Shown in pieces: positions 63,125-64,000 of a DNA stretch of 64,000 nt. The position numbers and the translations under genes were made by a program. Numbering within the stretch: position 1 is the first letter of the stretch; each line of letters opens with the position of its first letter. The DNA is from an uncultured Gammaproteobacteria bacterium (GTDB lineage Bacteria > Patescibacteriota > Microgenomatia > UBA1406 > HO2-37-13b), in contig CAYPSA010000002.1 of NCBI GenBank assembly GCA_964413645.1, positions 22,508 to 86,507 on the forward strand. Direction: 5' to 3'. Under the pieces are notes generated by a model. That model worked only from the letters and a program-made list of their open reading frames with translations. It was not told the origin of the DNA and made no database searches.

Positions 63125-64000
63125 ATGTTCTACCAAAAATACCGTCCACAAACCATTGAACAAATCGATAATGAAACCATTCGGACTCAGCTTAAAAATA
63201 TCCTCTCAAAAAAAACCATTTCTCATTCATGGCTACTTACCGGGCCTAAAGGAACGGGAAAAACGTCAACCGCACGACTCCTTGCTAAATCAATAAATTG
63301 TTTAAGCAATCTGTTTGCCGATAAAGGAACAAGCGAAGAACCTTGCAACAACTGCGAACATTGCAAACTCATAACATCAGGAAATGCAATCGATGTTATT
63401 GAAATGGATGCTGCTTCCAATAGAAAAATCGATGATATTCGACAGCTCATTGATCAGATAAAATTTGCACCAGCGCACATGCGGTATAAGGTATACATCA
63501 TCGACGAAGTTCACATGCTTACAAACGAGTCATTTAATGCGCTGTTAAAAACTCTCGAAGAGCCACCCAAATCGACTATCTTCATTCTTGCGACTACCGA
63601 ACTCGATAAACTTCCAAAAACCATAATCTCACGATGCTTGCGTCTTAATTTTACCCACGCAACTCCCAAAGATGTTGCTCGACAACTTACTAGAATTGTT
63701 GAGGGCGAAAAGCTTTCCACACCTACGGAGCTCTTGGAAACTATTGCACTCCATTGCGATCACTCATTTCGAGACGCAGCAAAATTACTTGAAGAAGTGA
63801 CTGTTCAAAAAATTACAACAATCGATGAGTTCCTAAAACTCATCGGGCTTGCCTCATCAGACATAGAAATTATGAAATTTATTCAAGCGAATGATGTAAA
63901 AGGAACGCTTGAATATATACAATCATACGATCAAAAAGGGGGTAACTTTAGAGTTCTTATTGAACAAATGCTCCAGACGCTACATGAACACCTACTTTCC
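63125..64000 (+). CDS. dnaX: DNA polymerase III subunit gamma/tau (partial, runs off the 3' edge)
   Basis: Absent from the ORF track (no stop inside the window). Read by eye: MFYQKYRPQT...LLTGPKGTGKTSTARLLAKSINC...IIDEVHML...LLKTLEEPP...ISRC. Confidence 0.85.
   Translation, partial: MFYQKYRPQTIEQIDNETIRTQLKNILSKKTISHSWLLTGPKGTGKTSTARLLAKSINCLSNLFADKGTSEEPCNNCEHCKLITSGNAIDVIEMDAASNRKIDDIRQLIDQIKFAPAHMRYKVYIIDEVHMLTNESFNALLKTLEEPPKSTIFILATTELDKLPKTIISRCLRLNFTHATPKDVARQLTRIVEGEKLSTPTELLETIALHCDHSFRDAAKLLEEVTVQKITTIDEFLKLIGLASSDIEIMKFIQANDVKGTLEYIQSYDQKGGNFRVLIEQMLQTLHEHLLS

Noticed and set aside
46392-64000. Search for 23S or 5S rRNA downstream of the 16S
   Set aside because: The region is fully occupied by protein genes and two tRNAs. 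No conserved 23S or 5S sequence blocks were noticed, so the 16S is treated as unlinked.

Overview
AT-rich, very gene-dense window with about 75 protein genes, one 16S rRNA and three tRNAs. Most of it is housekeeping. The content fits a small-genome bacterium of the Patescibacteria/CPR type: a 16S not linked to a 23S, domain-minimised translation factors, a type IV pilus with no outer-membrane parts, and many stem-loop repeats. That placement is inference only; I could run no search.

Layout:
- 1-5.3 kb: partial type IV secretion-like cluster (VirB4-type ATPase, membrane-anchored M23 hydrolase, unknown membrane proteins) running off the 5' edge, then a small XRE regulator.
- 6-23 kb: tig, tRNA-Val, a DnaQ/GIY-YIG fusion, thrS-infC-rpmI-rplT-pheS-pheT, PBP1A, recG, rpmF-nusB-rnc, rpsP.
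- 23.2-32.9 kb: type IV pilus locus (pilM/N/O-like, four prepilin-type genes, pilB, pilT, pilC, a pilin), with a truncated holB inside it.
- 33-40.8 kb: envelope glycosylation island (DUF2723/PMT-like, YfhO-like, methyltransferase, GT2, O-antigen-ligase-like with TPR).
- 40.8-44.7 kb: mreB, an ABC exporter, two tandem NUDIX paralogs.
- 44.9-48.6 kb: a broken-open rRNA locus. The 16S is followed by an unknown ORF, tRNA-Ala(CGC), then on the other strand a frameshifted CYTH gene, an unknown 284-aa ORF and tRNA-Ile(GAT). No 23S or 5S is present.
- 48.6-54 kb: dcd-dut-thyA-folA, a membrane-anchored Clp/Hsp100-like ATPase, tmk.
- 54-64 kb: galU, NUDIX, rpsB-tsf-(no pyrH)-frr-rseP-cmk-proS, rpsU, a degenerate ybeY, and dnaX (partial, missing from the ORF track).

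Most notable non-gene signals:
- A -10 box (TATAAT-like) sits 6-8 nt upstream of the ATG at 16 start codons, 15 of them operon-leading genes, suggesting widespread leaderless mRNAs.
- A family of about 90-nt imperfect palindromic elements (GTCATyCTGA...TCAGAATGAC) sits right after stop codons. A related segment lies in frame inside pheS.

No CRISPR array, transposase, integrase or recognisable defence system was seen. I found no single clearly novel multi-gene system. The best candidates for undescribed biology are the T4SS-like cluster and the unknown genes in the split rRNA locus.
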